64,000 nt of DNA from contig CAZSJY010000001.1 in the NCBI GenBank assembly GCA_964607375.1, positions 766-64,765 on the forward strand, given 5' to 3'. This DNA comes from an uncultured bacterium (GTDB lineage: Bacteria > Fidelibacterota > Marinisomatia > SCGC-AAA003-L08 > JACNLC01). How positions within the stretch are numbered: the first letter of the stretch is position 1; each line of letters opens with the position of its first letter. The notes under the pieces were generated by a model. It ran no database searches, was not told where the DNA came from, and saw only the letters and a program-made list of their open reading frames with translations. This document shows positions 8,976 through 19,226 of the stretch, piece after piece. Position numbers and translations under genes: made by a program.

Positions 8976-10451
8976 TTAGTAATCAAATTCACTGCCCCCA
9001 ATAAACTCGCGCAGAATGGAAGTTCCTGGGACTATATCTCCCTTTAGTGGTTCAAAAAATGCAAGTAGGGTTAACAATCTATCAACATCATCTTGAGTGG
9101 AATTATCAAAAGAAACTTCCTCTAATAATTTTGAAGTATAGGTAGACAATACTGGTAATTCATAAGCTAATGCTGAGTTGAAAAATAAATCTGCTTCTCC
9201 CTGAAATGGGAAAATATTCTTTTCTTCACCGAGTCGTACAGAATTCCATCTTTGTAGTGTTTCTGTAGGAGAATACCCCCTAAATTGAACATCTCGAACT
9301 AATCGACGAAGCAGCCGATTGTCTGATGTAGATACCCGGTGGTCCGCATCAATGTTTAGTTGAGTTATAGCACTTACATAAATTCGTTGAACATTTCCGT
9401 CATCTATCAATGATGTAAGTTTTGGATTGAGACCGTGAATCCCTTCTAAAATTATAAAATCATTATCTTCAAGTTTTACAAACTCCTCAAAATCAAAACT
9501 TTTTCCCTGGTTAAAATCGAATTTTCTAATTGGGATTTCATCCCCATTTAACATTCTATTTATTCGTTCGCATAACAGATTTCTATCGAGCACATCAAAT
9601 GCTTCGTAGTTTTGGAAACCATTCTCGTCAAACGGAATTTCACCACGACCAACAAAATAATCATCCATTGATAATTGATGCGTATTGAATCCATTAACTT
9701 TTATATGAATAGATAATCGTTTTGCAAATGTGGTTTTTCCTGACGATGTCGGTCCTGCTATATAAATTACTCTTTTTTTAGGGAATTCTTCTACCAAAGC
9801 GTCGGCTATTTGACTGATTTTCTTTTCGTGGAGTCCCTCTGATATCCATACTAATTCTTTAATACCATTTTTATGAATATGTTCGTTTAAGTGTGGTATG
9901 CTTTCAACACCTATAATCGTTCCCCATTGTTCATACTCTTCGATTATCGAAAATAATCTTTGACAATCCTGAAATGGTGGAATACTATTTGGGTGAGTGA
10001 TAGTTGGAAACCTTAGCAACAGTCCGTTATTGTATTTTTGAATTTCGAATTTCAATAATTTTTTATCTGTTTCCATTGGTTGAATTCTATAATCGATATG
10101 TTGGCCAAATCTAACTGCAGGGACGGGGTTTACATTCCATTTTCTTAGGTTTATCGGTTTATTTTTGAGATGTTCTTTTTCAAAAATTGCTATTAGCTTT
10201 GATAATGGTGCTGTAGTCAGTTCAATCTCTTTTTCGTTTTTTAGCCATTTGTCTATTTTTGCAGATAGTTTATCTATTTCATTTTGAGAAATAGGTTCCC
10301 AGTTTTCACGATGACAAAACAAGCCATCAGCAAATGAATGTTCAATTATTAATGAATGTGTATCAAAAAGTTCACGGTGAGCTGATGAAAGTAGAAATGC
10401 CAAAGTTGACTGCCTTGATGATAATTGTAGTAAATTAATTGGTTTTTTCAT
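8976..10451 (-). CDS. Uridine-kinase/PRK-family P-loop nucleoside kinase with a long N-terminal extension
   Basis: Walker A IAGPTSSGKTT, uridine-kinase-like ILEGIHGLNP, C-terminal LLRRLVRDVQFRG. Confidence 0.6.
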   Translation of the reverse strand: MKKPINLLQLSSRQSTLAFLLSSAHRELFDTHSLIIEHSFADGLFCHRENWEPISQNEIDKLSAKIDKWLKNEKEIELTTAPLSKLIAIFEKEHLKNKPINLRKWNVNPVPAVRFGQHIDYRIQPMETDKKLLKFEIQKYNNGLLLRFPTITHPNSIPPFQDCQRLFSIIEEYEQWGTIIGVESIPHLNEHIHKNGIKELVWISEGLHEKKISQIADALVEEFPKKRVIYIAGPTSSGKTTFAKRLSIHIKVNGFNTHQLSMDDYFVGRGEIPFDENGFQNYEAFDVLDRNLLCERINRMLNGDEIPIRKFDFNQGKSFDFEEFVKLEDNDFIILEGIHGLNPKLTSLIDDGNVQRIYVSAITQLNIDADHRVSTSDNRLLRRLVRDVQFRGYSPTETLQRWNSVRLGEEKNIFPFQGEADLFFNSALAYELPVLSTYTSKLLEEVSFDNSTQDDVDRLLTLLAFFEPLKGDIVPGTSILREFIGGSEFDY

Positions 10452-10531
10452 TGTTCAAATGTATGCTTTTTTTTGTAACTTAACACAACAACTTTAACAT
10501 CAATACAAGATTGCTCAGAAACTAATTAAAA

Positions 10532-11767
10532 ATGAATTTTAGAAGATATAACACCAAAAAAGATAAAGAAAAAGCATTTCGCATTTGGAACGAATGTGGT
10601 TGGCTAGATGATAATAATAAAGACAAGAAGGGATTTGATGCATTTATGAATTCAGTAGTTAGTCGTGTTGCTGAAATCAACAGCTCTCCTGAGTGTTTAG
10701 TTACAAGTACCGATTGTAATCTACAATATCAAAATGAAATTCTACCACTTTCTTGTGTGACTAGTGTTTGTACAAGCAGAATTGCACGTAAACAAGGCAT
10801 TGCACTTCAGCTTACTGCACAGGTTATAGCTGAAGACACAGAAAATGGAGCGGACATTTCTACTCTTGGAATGTTTGAACAGGGGTTTTATAATAAACTT
10901 GGCTACGGCACAGGAAGTTATGAACACATTATTTCGTTCGATCCAACCCAACTCAAGGTTAGTGTACCACCAAATATTCCAACTCGTTTGTCTTCAGATG
11001 ATTGGAAGAAGATACACAAATCTCGTATTTACAGGTTAAGTAAACATGGATATGTAAGTCCAATATCTTCTGGAATTACTAAAGCTGAGACGCTGTGGTC
11101 CCCAAATGGTTTTGGATTAGGATATTTTGATGAAGAAGAGATTCTCACACATCATATTTGGGTTTCAGTAGATAAAAACATTGAAAGTGGACCTTATCGA
11201 ATTGCTTGGATGTCTTATCAAAATTCTACACAATTTTTAGAATTAATGGCTTTAGTTAAAAGTTTGGGTGACCAAATTCGATTGGTTTCAATGCATGAAC
11301 CAGCAGGAGTACAAATGCAGGATTTATTAGATAAACCATTCAAAAATCGAATGATTACTAGAAAGTCTGATTTCGAACATGGAATGAAAGCAGTCGCTTA
11401 TTGGCAAATGAGAATTTGTAATTTAGAAAACTGCTTGATTAACACTCATCTTAATTGTCCTGAATTTCAATTTAACTTAAAAATAACAGATCCTATAGAA
11501 AAGTTTTTACCTCAAACTTCAAAATGGAGAGGGATTGGTGGAGACTACATTGTAACTTTAGGAGATAATTCGCTTAGCGAAAATAGTCATAACTCTTCAT
11601 TGCCAACTTTAACATCAACAGTGAATGCATTTACTCGTTTATGGCTGGGAGTGACTCCGGCATCTGGGCTAATTGTAACAGATAGCTTTGAAGCACCAAT
11701 TGAGCTGATCGAGAAATTGGACGATGCCTTCAGACTTCCACATCCAACACCCGACTGGGATTATTAG
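10532..11767 (+). CDS. GNAT-family acetyltransferase, Eis-like three-domain architecture (tentative)
   Basis: Acetyl-CoA motif-like RKQGIALQL. A ~410-aa protein with a C-terminal SCP2-like tail is typical of the Eis family. No decisive motif. Confidence 0.45.
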   Translation: MNFRRYNTKKDKEKAFRIWNECGWLDDNNKDKKGFDAFMNSVVSRVAEINSSPECLVTSTDCNLQYQNEILPLSCVTSVCTSRIARKQGIALQLTAQVIAEDTENGADISTLGMFEQGFYNKLGYGTGSYEHIISFDPTQLKVSVPPNIPTRLSSDDWKKIHKSRIYRLSKHGYVSPISSGITKAETLWSPNGFGLGYFDEEEILTHHIWVSVDKNIESGPYRIAWMSYQNSTQFLELMALVKSLGDQIRLVSMHEPAGVQMQDLLDKPFKNRMITRKSDFEHGMKAVAYWQMRICNLENCLINTHLNCPEFQFNLKITDPIEKFLPQTSKWRGIGGDYIVTLGDNSLSENSHNSSLPTLTSTVNAFTRLWLGVTPASGLIVTDSFEAPIELIEKLDDAFRLPHPTPDWDY

Positions 11768-11806
11768 TTCGAAAAGATATAATTCAGATAGAAAATATTA
11801 AAAGAG

Positions 11807-11821
11807 GGGGAAGCTATCCCC
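11807..11821 (-). terminator. Weak hairpin terminator downstream of glyQS
   Basis: GGGGA-agcta-TCCCC, followed on the minus strand by TCTTTTAATATTTTC. Confidence 0.35.
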
Positions 11822-11867
11822 ATCGGGTAATGTTTCGTGTAATTTGTGAACATCTTCGGTTGTTTGC

Positions 11868-13337
11868 CTACATTCTGTCCCGAATTGCATCTCTCACTTT
11901 ATCAATGCCTACTCTAACCTGTTGCATTGTATCTCTATCACGCAAAGTAACAGTATCATCTTCCATAGTATCGTGGTCTACTGTAATTCCAAATGGAGTC
12001 CCAGCTTCGTCTTGTCTTCGATATCTTCGTCCTATTGAACCACCAGCATCATAAAATGCACTGAATTCCTCTCGTAATTCATCGACTATTGCATTTGCTT
12101 TTTCAGGTTGCCCCCCCTTATTCATCAGAGGAAAAACAGCTACTGTAGTTGGAGCAACTTTTGGTGATAATTTTAAGACAGTTCTTTTTTCTCCGTTTAC
12201 TTCCTCTTCAACAAATGCATCAGCTAGGACAGTAAGAACAGCTCGATCAACTCCTGCTGAAGCTTCTACCACCGCAGGAACAAGATGTTCGTTATTCGGC
12301 TGGTCAAAATATGTCATTTTCTTTCCGCTGAATTTTGCGTGTTGGTCTAAATCGAATGTTCCTCTATCAGCGATTCCCTCTAACTCTGACCATCCAAAAT
12401 CGAATTGATATTCTACATCATAACAAGCAGTGGAGTAATGTGCTAATTCATCAATTCCGTGCTGTCGCAATCGTAATTTATTTTCCGAAACACCTAAAGA
12501 TTTAAACCAATTTAGCCGTTCGTTAGACCAGTACTCTAACCATTTTCCTGTTTCCTCTGGGCGACAGAAAAATTCCATTTCCATTTGTTCAAATTCACGA
12601 GTTCTGAAAATGAAGTTTCCTGTGGTGATTTCGTTCCTAAAAGCTTTGCCAAGTTGTGCAATTCCAAAAGGTAATTTTTGTCGGGAAGTTGATTGAACAT
12701 TCGGGAAATTAACGAATATGCCTTGTGCTGTCTCAGGACGAAGATAAACAACAGACGCTGAATCATCCGTTGGTCCCATATGAGTTTTGAACATTAAATT
12801 AAATTGTCGAAGATTAGTCCAATCACCTACTTTTTTTGTGTAAGGATCAATGAGTCCAACATTAATTAACGCTTCTCCACTTTTGGTTTGGTCTTCATTT
12901 AACTTTCCAACAATTGATTGAAATTTCTCTTCATCATCGGAAAATTTAGGAATGTCATTATCATAAAAATGAACCAATAATTTTTCGACAACCTCATCTG
13001 GCTGCTCTTCTAATAAATGGTCCATACGATATCGTTTTTTTGATTCCTTGTTGTCAATCAATGGGTCGTGAAAATTGTCAACATGACCGCTGGCTTCCCA
13101 CACTTTTGGGTGCATTAAAATCGCTGCGTCCATTCCAACAATATTTTCTCTTGAAGTTACCATTTCCTGCCACCAGAAATTTTTCACATTTCTTTTAAGT
13201 TCAACACCCAGTGGTCCGTAATCCCAAGTTGAGCCTAATCCCCCATAAACTTCGCTACTTTGAAATATGAAACCTCTTTGTTTTGAAAGAGATGTTAGTG
13301 TTTCTAAAATTGTGCCATCACTTTTAATATTTGCCAT
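11868..13337 (-). CDS. glyQS: Glycine--tRNA ligase (dimeric class II type)
   Basis: LSKQRGFIFQSSEVYGGLGSTWDYGPLGVELKRNV and YLRPETAQGIFVNF motifs. Confidence 0.95.
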   Translation of the reverse strand: MANIKSDGTILETLTSLSKQRGFIFQSSEVYGGLGSTWDYGPLGVELKRNVKNFWWQEMVTSRENIVGMDAAILMHPKVWEASGHVDNFHDPLIDNKESKKRYRMDHLLEEQPDEVVEKLLVHFYDNDIPKFSDDEEKFQSIVGKLNEDQTKSGEALINVGLIDPYTKKVGDWTNLRQFNLMFKTHMGPTDDSASVVYLRPETAQGIFVNFPNVQSTSRQKLPFGIAQLGKAFRNEITTGNFIFRTREFEQMEMEFFCRPEETGKWLEYWSNERLNWFKSLGVSENKLRLRQHGIDELAHYSTACYDVEYQFDFGWSELEGIADRGTFDLDQHAKFSGKKMTYFDQPNNEHLVPAVVEASAGVDRAVLTVLADAFVEEEVNGEKRTVLKLSPKVAPTTVAVFPLMNKGGQPEKANAIVDELREEFSAFYDAGGSIGRRYRRQDEAGTPFGITVDHDTMEDDTVTLRDRDTMQQVRVGIDKVRDAIRDRM

Positions 13338-13405
13338 ATCTTTCCTATTTTTCTATCCAAGATGCAAAGTCGCAAAGCAACATTACATCCTTAGTTTATC
13401 ACTGA

Positions 13406-15904
13406 TTATTTGCGCTTTTTAAACCGTCCTTTTGTTGGACCTTTTGCTTTTTTCTTTTTTATTAATTCTATTGCTAATTCGAGAGTAACTGAATTTATGT
13501 CAGTGCTCTTTGGCAAAGTTGCATTAATTTTCCCATCGGTAACATATGCTCCATATCGTCCATCTTTTAGTTCGATTTTATTGTTTGTCTCGGAGTCAGT
13601 ACCAAGCTCTTTCAATACTGCTGATTTAGAGCTTTTTTTATCTTCTGATAATAACTCAACGGATCGTTCCAATGTTAAATCAATTATGCTATCCGGCAGG
13701 ACTACTTTTCTTGTATCTTTTCCACATCGAATATATGGTCCATACCGTCCAATGTCAGCAGTAATAGCTTGATTATTGTTTGGATGAATCCCAAGCTCTT
13801 TCGGTAAAGCCATTATCTTTTGAGCAATCTTTGGGGTAATTTCTTCTTTTGTAAATCCCGGTGGTAGAGATTTCATTTTCTTTCCAGCTTGTAGATAGGG
13901 GCCAAATCTCCCATCTTTTAAGAAAATCATTTCATTGTTATCTAACAGTCCAAGTTCTTCAGGGGTTTCGTTTTTCTTGTCAAAATAAATCTGAATTGTG
14001 TCAGCATTTAATTCACTAGGAATTACATCATCTGGGAGTGTTGCATTATTACCATTTTTCTGAACATAAATTCCATATCGTCCTATCTTGAGAGTTATAG
14101 GTGAATCTGTTTCCTCGTTTAGTGTTAGTATCGTTTTGGAAATAGATTTATCAAATTCTTGGTCTATTTGGTTTTTCAAACCGTCGTGTTTGTTGTCGCC
14201 AAAATAAAATCCATTTAAGAAATTTGAGTGATTCAATTCCTTTCGTGATATGTCGTCCAGTAAATCCTCAAGTTTCGCAGTAAATTGCAAATCAATTAAA
14301 TCATCAAAATACTTTTCTAAGAAATGCACAATCGCATACGCCGTTAATGTTGGAATAAGCGAATTTTTCACCTTGTTGACATATCCCCTTTTTTGGATAT
14401 TTGTCATAATTGTTGCATAAGTTGATGGTCTGCCAATACCGAGAGATTCCAATTCTTTCACCAAAGTTGCTTCAGTAAAACGAGGTGGTGGTTTCGTGAA
14501 GTGCTGACTTGGCAACAATTGTTCGCAATTTACATTTTCGTTTTGTGATAGAGGAGGGAGGGTTTTCTCTTTATTGTCGAGTTCGCCACTCGGGTCGTCT
14601 GAACCTTCAACATACGCTTTGAAATAACCAGGGAATTCTATTATTTTTCCTTTAGCTTCAAAAATTGCATTTCCGTCTGATACTTTAACAGTTGTCTGTA
14701 ATAATTTTGCAGATACCATTTGACTGGCGACTGTCCGTTTCCAAATTAAATCGTATAACTGCCATTCTTTGCCGGTGAGTTTACCGCTTAAGCTATCCGG
14801 AGTTCTAAATGTTGAACCTGCTGGACGAATAGCTTCGTGGGCTTCCTGTGCGTTTTTCACTTTACTTTTAAACACGCGTGGCTTGGACGGTAAATAAATT
14901 TTCCCATAAAGTTTTTCGATTGCTGTTCTTGCACCGTTAATTGCTTCAGATGATAATGAAATCGAATCAGTTCTCATATAAGTGATATATCCGTTTTCGT
15001 ATAATTTTTGTGCAGTTATCATCACCTGTTGTGAACTCATCCGAAGTTTTCGAATACCTTCTTGCTGTAAAGTAGATGTAATAAACGGTGGATATGGATT
15101 TGATGTTATTGGTTTTTGCTCAATAGATTCAATCGTCCAAGAATGCTCTTTCAGGTTTTCTGATAAAGATTCTGCTTTATCTTTATTGAGGACTGTAATA
15201 TTCTTTTTAGATACTTCGCCTGTATTTTTATCGAAGTCTTTCCCTATTGCAATTTTATTATTATCTAATCGAATCAGTCTTGCATCAAATTTCCCATTTT
15301 CGGCATCAAATGTTCCAGTTAAGTTCCAATATTCACTTTCTACAAATTTGGTTCTTTGCTTTTCCTTGTCCACAATTAATTTTAGTGATGGACTTTGAAC
15401 TCGACCGGCTGACAGCCCACCTTTTACATTAAACCATAATTGTTTAGAAACTAAAAAGCCGAATAGTCTATCTAAAATTCTGCGCGTTTCTTGTGCATTG
15501 ACTAAAGAACGGTCAATATCGCGAGTGTGTAAAAACGCATCTTGAATTGCCGATTTAGTTATTTCGTTAAATGCTAACCGTTTAATTGGAATTTTTGGTT
15601 TTAGCAACTCAATTAGATGCCAGGATATCGCTTCACCTTCCCTGTCTGGGTCAGTGGCAAGGTATAGTTCATCTGCATTTTTCAAGGCAGATTTTAATTC
15701 TGTAATAACTTTTTGTTTACCGGATGAAACCACATATTTCGGCTTAAAATTATTATCAACATCCACTCCGAGTTCTTTATCCGGCAAGTCGCGAATATGC
15801 CCAACTGATGCTTTAATAATATAATCTTCTCCCAAAAACTTTTGCAAAGTATTAGTTTTTGATGGAGATTCCACAATGATTAGTTTATTTATGTTTTTTC
15901 CCAT
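13406..15904 (-). CDS. topA: DNA topoisomerase I
   Basis: TOPRIM IVESPSKTNTL. Active-site Tyr context YITYMRTDS. Cys-free C-terminal repeats GRYGIYV/GRFGPYL/GRYGPYI/GRYGAYV. Lys-rich tail. Confidence 0.95.
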   Translation of the reverse strand: MGKNINKLIIVESPSKTNTLQKFLGEDYIIKASVGHIRDLPDKELGVDVDNNFKPKYVVSSGKQKVITELKSALKNADELYLATDPDREGEAISWHLIELLKPKIPIKRLAFNEITKSAIQDAFLHTRDIDRSLVNAQETRRILDRLFGFLVSKQLWFNVKGGLSAGRVQSPSLKLIVDKEKQRTKFVESEYWNLTGTFDAENGKFDARLIRLDNNKIAIGKDFDKNTGEVSKKNITVLNKDKAESLSENLKEHSWTIESIEQKPITSNPYPPFITSTLQQEGIRKLRMSSQQVMITAQKLYENGYITYMRTDSISLSSEAINGARTAIEKLYGKIYLPSKPRVFKSKVKNAQEAHEAIRPAGSTFRTPDSLSGKLTGKEWQLYDLIWKRTVASQMVSAKLLQTTVKVSDGNAIFEAKGKIIEFPGYFKAYVEGSDDPSGELDNKEKTLPPLSQNENVNCEQLLPSQHFTKPPPRFTEATLVKELESLGIGRPSTYATIMTNIQKRGYVNKVKNSLIPTLTAYAIVHFLEKYFDDLIDLQFTAKLEDLLDDISRKELNHSNFLNGFYFGDNKHDGLKNQIDQEFDKSISKTILTLNEETDSPITLKIGRYGIYVQKNGNNATLPDDVIPSELNADTIQIYFDKKNETPEELGLLDNNEMIFLKDGRFGPYLQAGKKMKSLPPGFTKEEITPKIAQKIMALPKELGIHPNNNQAITADIGRYGPYIRCGKDTRKVVLPDSIIDLTLERSVELLSEDKKSSKSAVLKELGTDSETNNKIELKDGRYGAYVTDGKINATLPKSTDINSVTLELAIELIKKKKAKGPTKGRFKKRK

Positions 15905-16028
15905 ATAGTTTAAATTTACCTACAATGGAATTGTATAAAGCAAATGTTATTCTGTGTTTTGTTGGGATGTGGTTTTTGTGAATAATTTGGTTCTTTATGT
16001 TTTTTAGAAACATAGTAAATTTCGAAAT

Positions 16029-16790
16029 ATGTTTTCCGAGCAATTATATCATTCTCATTTAAAAACCAACATATTTGGGGGAAAACTCAAATATTCTCCA
16101 AAAACAGAGTCAACGAGTAAAATTATATGGGAAATGATTCACTCAAGAAAGGGTTATGAGGGAATGATTTCCATAACCGACCATCAAACTTCCGGTAGAG
16201 GGCGTAGAGGTAATTCGTGGTTTTCCCTGCCAAATTTAGGTTTGACATTTTCTATACTTCTTTACCCAAAACTTCCTATCGAAAAGCTTGGACTCATCTC
16301 TCTATTTGCAGGAGTTGCTTGTGCAAAAGGAATACAAAATACTACCCAAATAAAAGTTCAGCTCAAATGGCCCAATGATATCGTATTTCAGCAATCTAAA
16401 CTGGGTGGTGTTTTAGCGGAAAACCACAAAATTGAAAACAAAAATGTAGTAGTTCTTGGGATTGGCGTCAACATAAATGAAGAATTAAACGATTTTCCTT
16501 CTTATCTTCAACACACAGCAACATCGTTGAGAAACATTTCTAACAACTTACACAAACGAGAAATAATCTTGGCAGAAATTATCAATCAATTAGAAAAACT
16601 AATCCAAGCAGATGTACAAATTACCAATGAGTGGAAAACTTTTTGTTCACATCTAAATTCTAATGTAAAATTTCATTATGGAAATGAACTGTTATACGGT
16701 AGGTTTATTGATTTAAATGAACAAGGTCATGCTTTGATTAAAATCAATAACAAAATACGAACCTTTTCATCTGGAGAAATACAAGTTTAA
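16029..16790 (+). CDS. birA: Biotin--[acetyl-CoA-carboxylase] ligase (no N-terminal HTH)
   Basis: GRGRRGNSW biotin-binding loop, KWPNDI. Confidence 0.85.
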   Translation: MFSEQLYHSHLKTNIFGGKLKYSPKTESTSKIIWEMIHSRKGYEGMISITDHQTSGRGRRGNSWFSLPNLGLTFSILLYPKLPIEKLGLISLFAGVACAKGIQNTTQIKVQLKWPNDIVFQQSKLGGVLAENHKIENKNVVVLGIGVNINEELNDFPSYLQHTATSLRNISNNLHKREIILAEIINQLEKLIQADVQITNEWKTFCSHLNSNVKFHYGNELLYGRFIDLNEQGHALIKINNKIRTFSSGEIQV

Positions 16791-17527
16791 TGCTACTAAC
16801 AATAGACATCGGAAATACCAATGTGGTTTGTGCTGTTTTTGTCAACGACAACCTTGTTGAGGCAGTTCGCATTGAATCTGACCTCAATTTCTGGAGTAAA
16901 ATTCATCCATTGTCAAAATATTCGATTAGTGGAGTTGTAATTAGTTCGGTTGTTCCTAGTCTTACAAAAATTTACATTGAAGCAGTCGAAAAAAATTTTA
17001 AAATTATGCCCTTAGTGGTTTCAGTAGAAAATTCCGGTTTAAAATTTGATGTAGAAGATGCATCAGAGGTTGGGGCTGATAGAATTTGTAACTGTGTGGC
17101 TGCCATAAAACAATTTGGTGCTCCAGCGATTGTTGTAGATTTTGGGACAGCAACAACTTATGATGTGATTGATGAAAATCAAACTTTTATCGGTGGTGCG
17201 ATTGCTCCAGGAATTGATGTCTCGGCTCGATATTTGTTTGAGAAGGCTGCATTATTGCGAGACACCGCATTCACTTTTCCAAAGAATGTTGTTGGTAAAA
17301 ACACAAAAACCAATCTTCAATCCGGGATTATGTTCAGTGCTATTGATGAAGTTGAGGGAATGATTTCACGAATACAATCTGAAATGAAATGGGATAATAC
17401 GAACATTGTTTTAACCGGTGGATTTGGCAAACTCATTTCCCCTAAACTTACCATTAATCATACACTCGTTTCATCACTAACGCTCGACGGAATGCGTTTA
17501 ATTCATTCTGAAAACGCTGAATCATAG
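16790..17527 (+). CDS. coaX: Type III pantothenate kinase
   Basis: MLLTIDIGNTN, VDFGTATTYD, GGFG. Confidence 0.9.
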   Translation: MLLTIDIGNTNVVCAVFVNDNLVEAVRIESDLNFWSKIHPLSKYSISGVVISSVVPSLTKIYIEAVEKNFKIMPLVVSVENSGLKFDVEDASEVGADRICNCVAAIKQFGAPAIVVDFGTATTYDVIDENQTFIGGAIAPGIDVSARYLFEKAALLRDTAFTFPKNVVGKNTKTNLQSGIMFSAIDEVEGMISRIQSEMKWDNTNIVLTGGFGKLISPKLTINHTLVSSLTLDGMRLIHSENAES

Positions 17528-17597
17528 CTATTGTACCACCTTCATAGTTGTAACCAAATAAAAATTTAACCATCTAAATCGAAAAAGGTGGTTTACT

Positions 17598-17942
17598 ATG
17601 TTTGGTTTGTTTAAGAAAAAAGAAAAGTATTTAATAGAATTTACAGACGAAAATTGGGGTGCAGAAGTCATTCAATATGAGGGGGTAGTTCTTGTTGATA
17701 TTTGGGCTTCATGGTGTGGACCATGTAAACTAATTGGTCCGATTGTTGAAGAAATCGCAAATGAATTTGTCGGTAAAGCAAAAGTCGGAAAACTGAACAC
17801 TGAGTATAATCAAAAATCTAAAGAGTTGGGAATACGAAGTATCCCTACACTCCTTTTCTACAAGAATGGAAAGTTAATTGATAAAATTATCGGAGCTCAA
17901 CCCAAAAATGTTATCATTCAGAAAATAGTTAAAAACATATAG
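17598..17942 (+). CDS. trxA: Thioredoxin
   Basis: WASWCGPCK active site, IRSIPTLLFYKNG. Confidence 0.9.
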   Translation: MFGLFKKKEKYLIEFTDENWGAEVIQYEGVVLVDIWASWCGPCKLIGPIVEEIANEFVGKAKVGKLNTEYNQKSKELGIRSIPTLLFYKNGKLIDKIIGAQPKNVIIQKIVKNI

Positions 17943-18030
17943 GCTGAAAGTATATCGTGTGGAGCCAAAATTTGATAAAAAATAACTCTGCGGTAGGTTT
18001 ACATTTTCCAATCTCCTTAATTTTGAAGGT

Positions 18031-18615
18031 ATGTTAAAAGATGAAAACAAAACTATTTCTCTTGCAAAAGAAGGAAACACAAAAGCACTCAGCGAGTTGG
18101 TAACACATTACTCACCTAAAATTTATAATTTGGGGCTTCGGTTAATGCGAAACGAGACTGATGCTGAAGATGTTTTGCAGGAAACTTTCCTTAAAATGGT
18201 CAAGAAGATTGATACTTTTAAAGGAAATTCATCTCTATACACTTGGCTTTATAGAATTGCAACAAATGTTGCATTAGAAAAATTGAGAGATAAACATCAC
18301 AAAAATTTAGAATATTCTCTGGATGATCCGGATTATCAAGAGGTAGGGAAAAATGAACCTTTTTCTATTCCGAAGCATCTGGAAAATAAACTATCTGATA
18401 AAGAATTTCGAAAATATCTCAATTTTGCAATGAAAGACTTGAATGAAAACCTTAGAACAATTTTTATTTTGAGGGATATTGAAGAAAATTCGGTGGCAAA
18501 TACCGCGAAAATTCTTGGTATTTCTGAGTCGAATGTTAAAGTCAGATTAATGCGTGCAAGATTAGCCCTCCGTGAAAAATTCACAGAATATTTCAAAAAC
18601 GAGGGATTTGAATGA
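18031..18615 (+). CDS. ECF-type RNA polymerase sigma-70 factor
   Basis: Region 2 DAEDVLQETFLK...WLYRIATN. Region 4 HTH NTAKILGISESNVKVRLMRAR. Confidence 0.9.
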   Translation: MLKDENKTISLAKEGNTKALSELVTHYSPKIYNLGLRLMRNETDAEDVLQETFLKMVKKIDTFKGNSSLYTWLYRIATNVALEKLRDKHHKNLEYSLDDPDYQEVGKNEPFSIPKHLENKLSDKEFRKYLNFAMKDLNENLRTIFILRDIEENSVANTAKILGISESNVKVRLMRARLALREKFTEYFKNEGFE

Positions 18616-18854
18616 GTCATCATAAACATAACGATGAATTAAAAAAACTCATCTGTCAACAAATGGGAGAGGATATTGATGCACCAGTTTGTGATGAAAT
18701 TATCAATCATCTTGAAGAGTGTCCTGAATGTAAGGTCCACTTTGATTCAGTAAAAAATGTGGTGAAAATTTACCGTATAACAGAAGAAGAAAAAGATGTC
18801 CCAGAAGATGTATCACAGCGTTTATTTAAAGTACTCAATTTAAAGGATAAATAG
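18612..18854 (+). CDS. Small soluble zinc-binding (ZAS) anti-sigma factor
   Basis: H-x3-C-x2-C motif HLEECPEC plus an upstream Cys. 80 aa, no hydrophobic segment. 4-nt overlap with the sigma gene. Confidence 0.7.
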   Translation: MSHHKHNDELKKLICQQMGEDIDAPVCDEIINHLEECPECKVHFDSVKNVVKIYRITEEEKDVPEDVSQRLFKVLNLKDK

Positions 18855-18857
18855 ATT

Positions 18858-19223
18858 ATGAAAAATATTTGTATCCCGGCAAAAGCACCGGAATTAACTG
18901 CAGAAGTCGACAACCATTTTGGTCATCCAAACTGGTTTTTAATCGTGAATGAGGATGGTGGATTAGTTCAAGCAATCATAGGTGACGAACATTCACATCA
19001 CGCAAAAATCTTTTCGCGTTCTGAAGAACTTGGATTTGATTCTGTTGTAACCTTCCATATGGGTCCTGGTGCATATAATGTAGCTGAAGAGTTTGGGGTA
19101 AATATTTTCTTACTAAATGATACCCCTTCTGTGAAAGAGGCAATTGCTCAGCATCAAAGTGGAAATACAACATTACTCACCACAGGGGAGGGTTTATCTT
19201 GCGGTGGTAACTGTAATCATTAA
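18858..19223 (+). CDS. NifB/NifX-family (dinitrogenase FeMo-cofactor-binding-like) domain protein
   Basis: HFGHPNWFLIV start typical of this small alpha/beta family. C-terminal CGGNC. Confidence 0.5.
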   Translation: MKNICIPAKAPELTAEVDNHFGHPNWFLIVNEDGGLVQAIIGDEHSHHAKIFSRSEELGFDSVVTFHMGPGAYNVAEEFGVNIFLLNDTPSVKEAIAQHQSGNTTLLTTGEGLSCGGNCNH

Positions 19224-19226
19224 GTT

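Noticed and set aside
11830-12054. 74-aa plus-strand ORF overlapping the 3' end of glyQS.
   Set aside because: It is antisense to a strongly supported gene, has a Ser/Cys/Leu-rich low-complexity sequence, and has no upstream signal.
15977-15985. TGTGAATAA (reverse complement TTATTCACA) fits the DnaA-box consensus TTATNCACA, in the topA/birA divergent spacer.
   Set aside because: It is a single isolated box. A rough estimate gives several chance matches to this degenerate 9-mer in 64 kb of this composition, and there is no cluster or adjacent AT-rich unwinding element.
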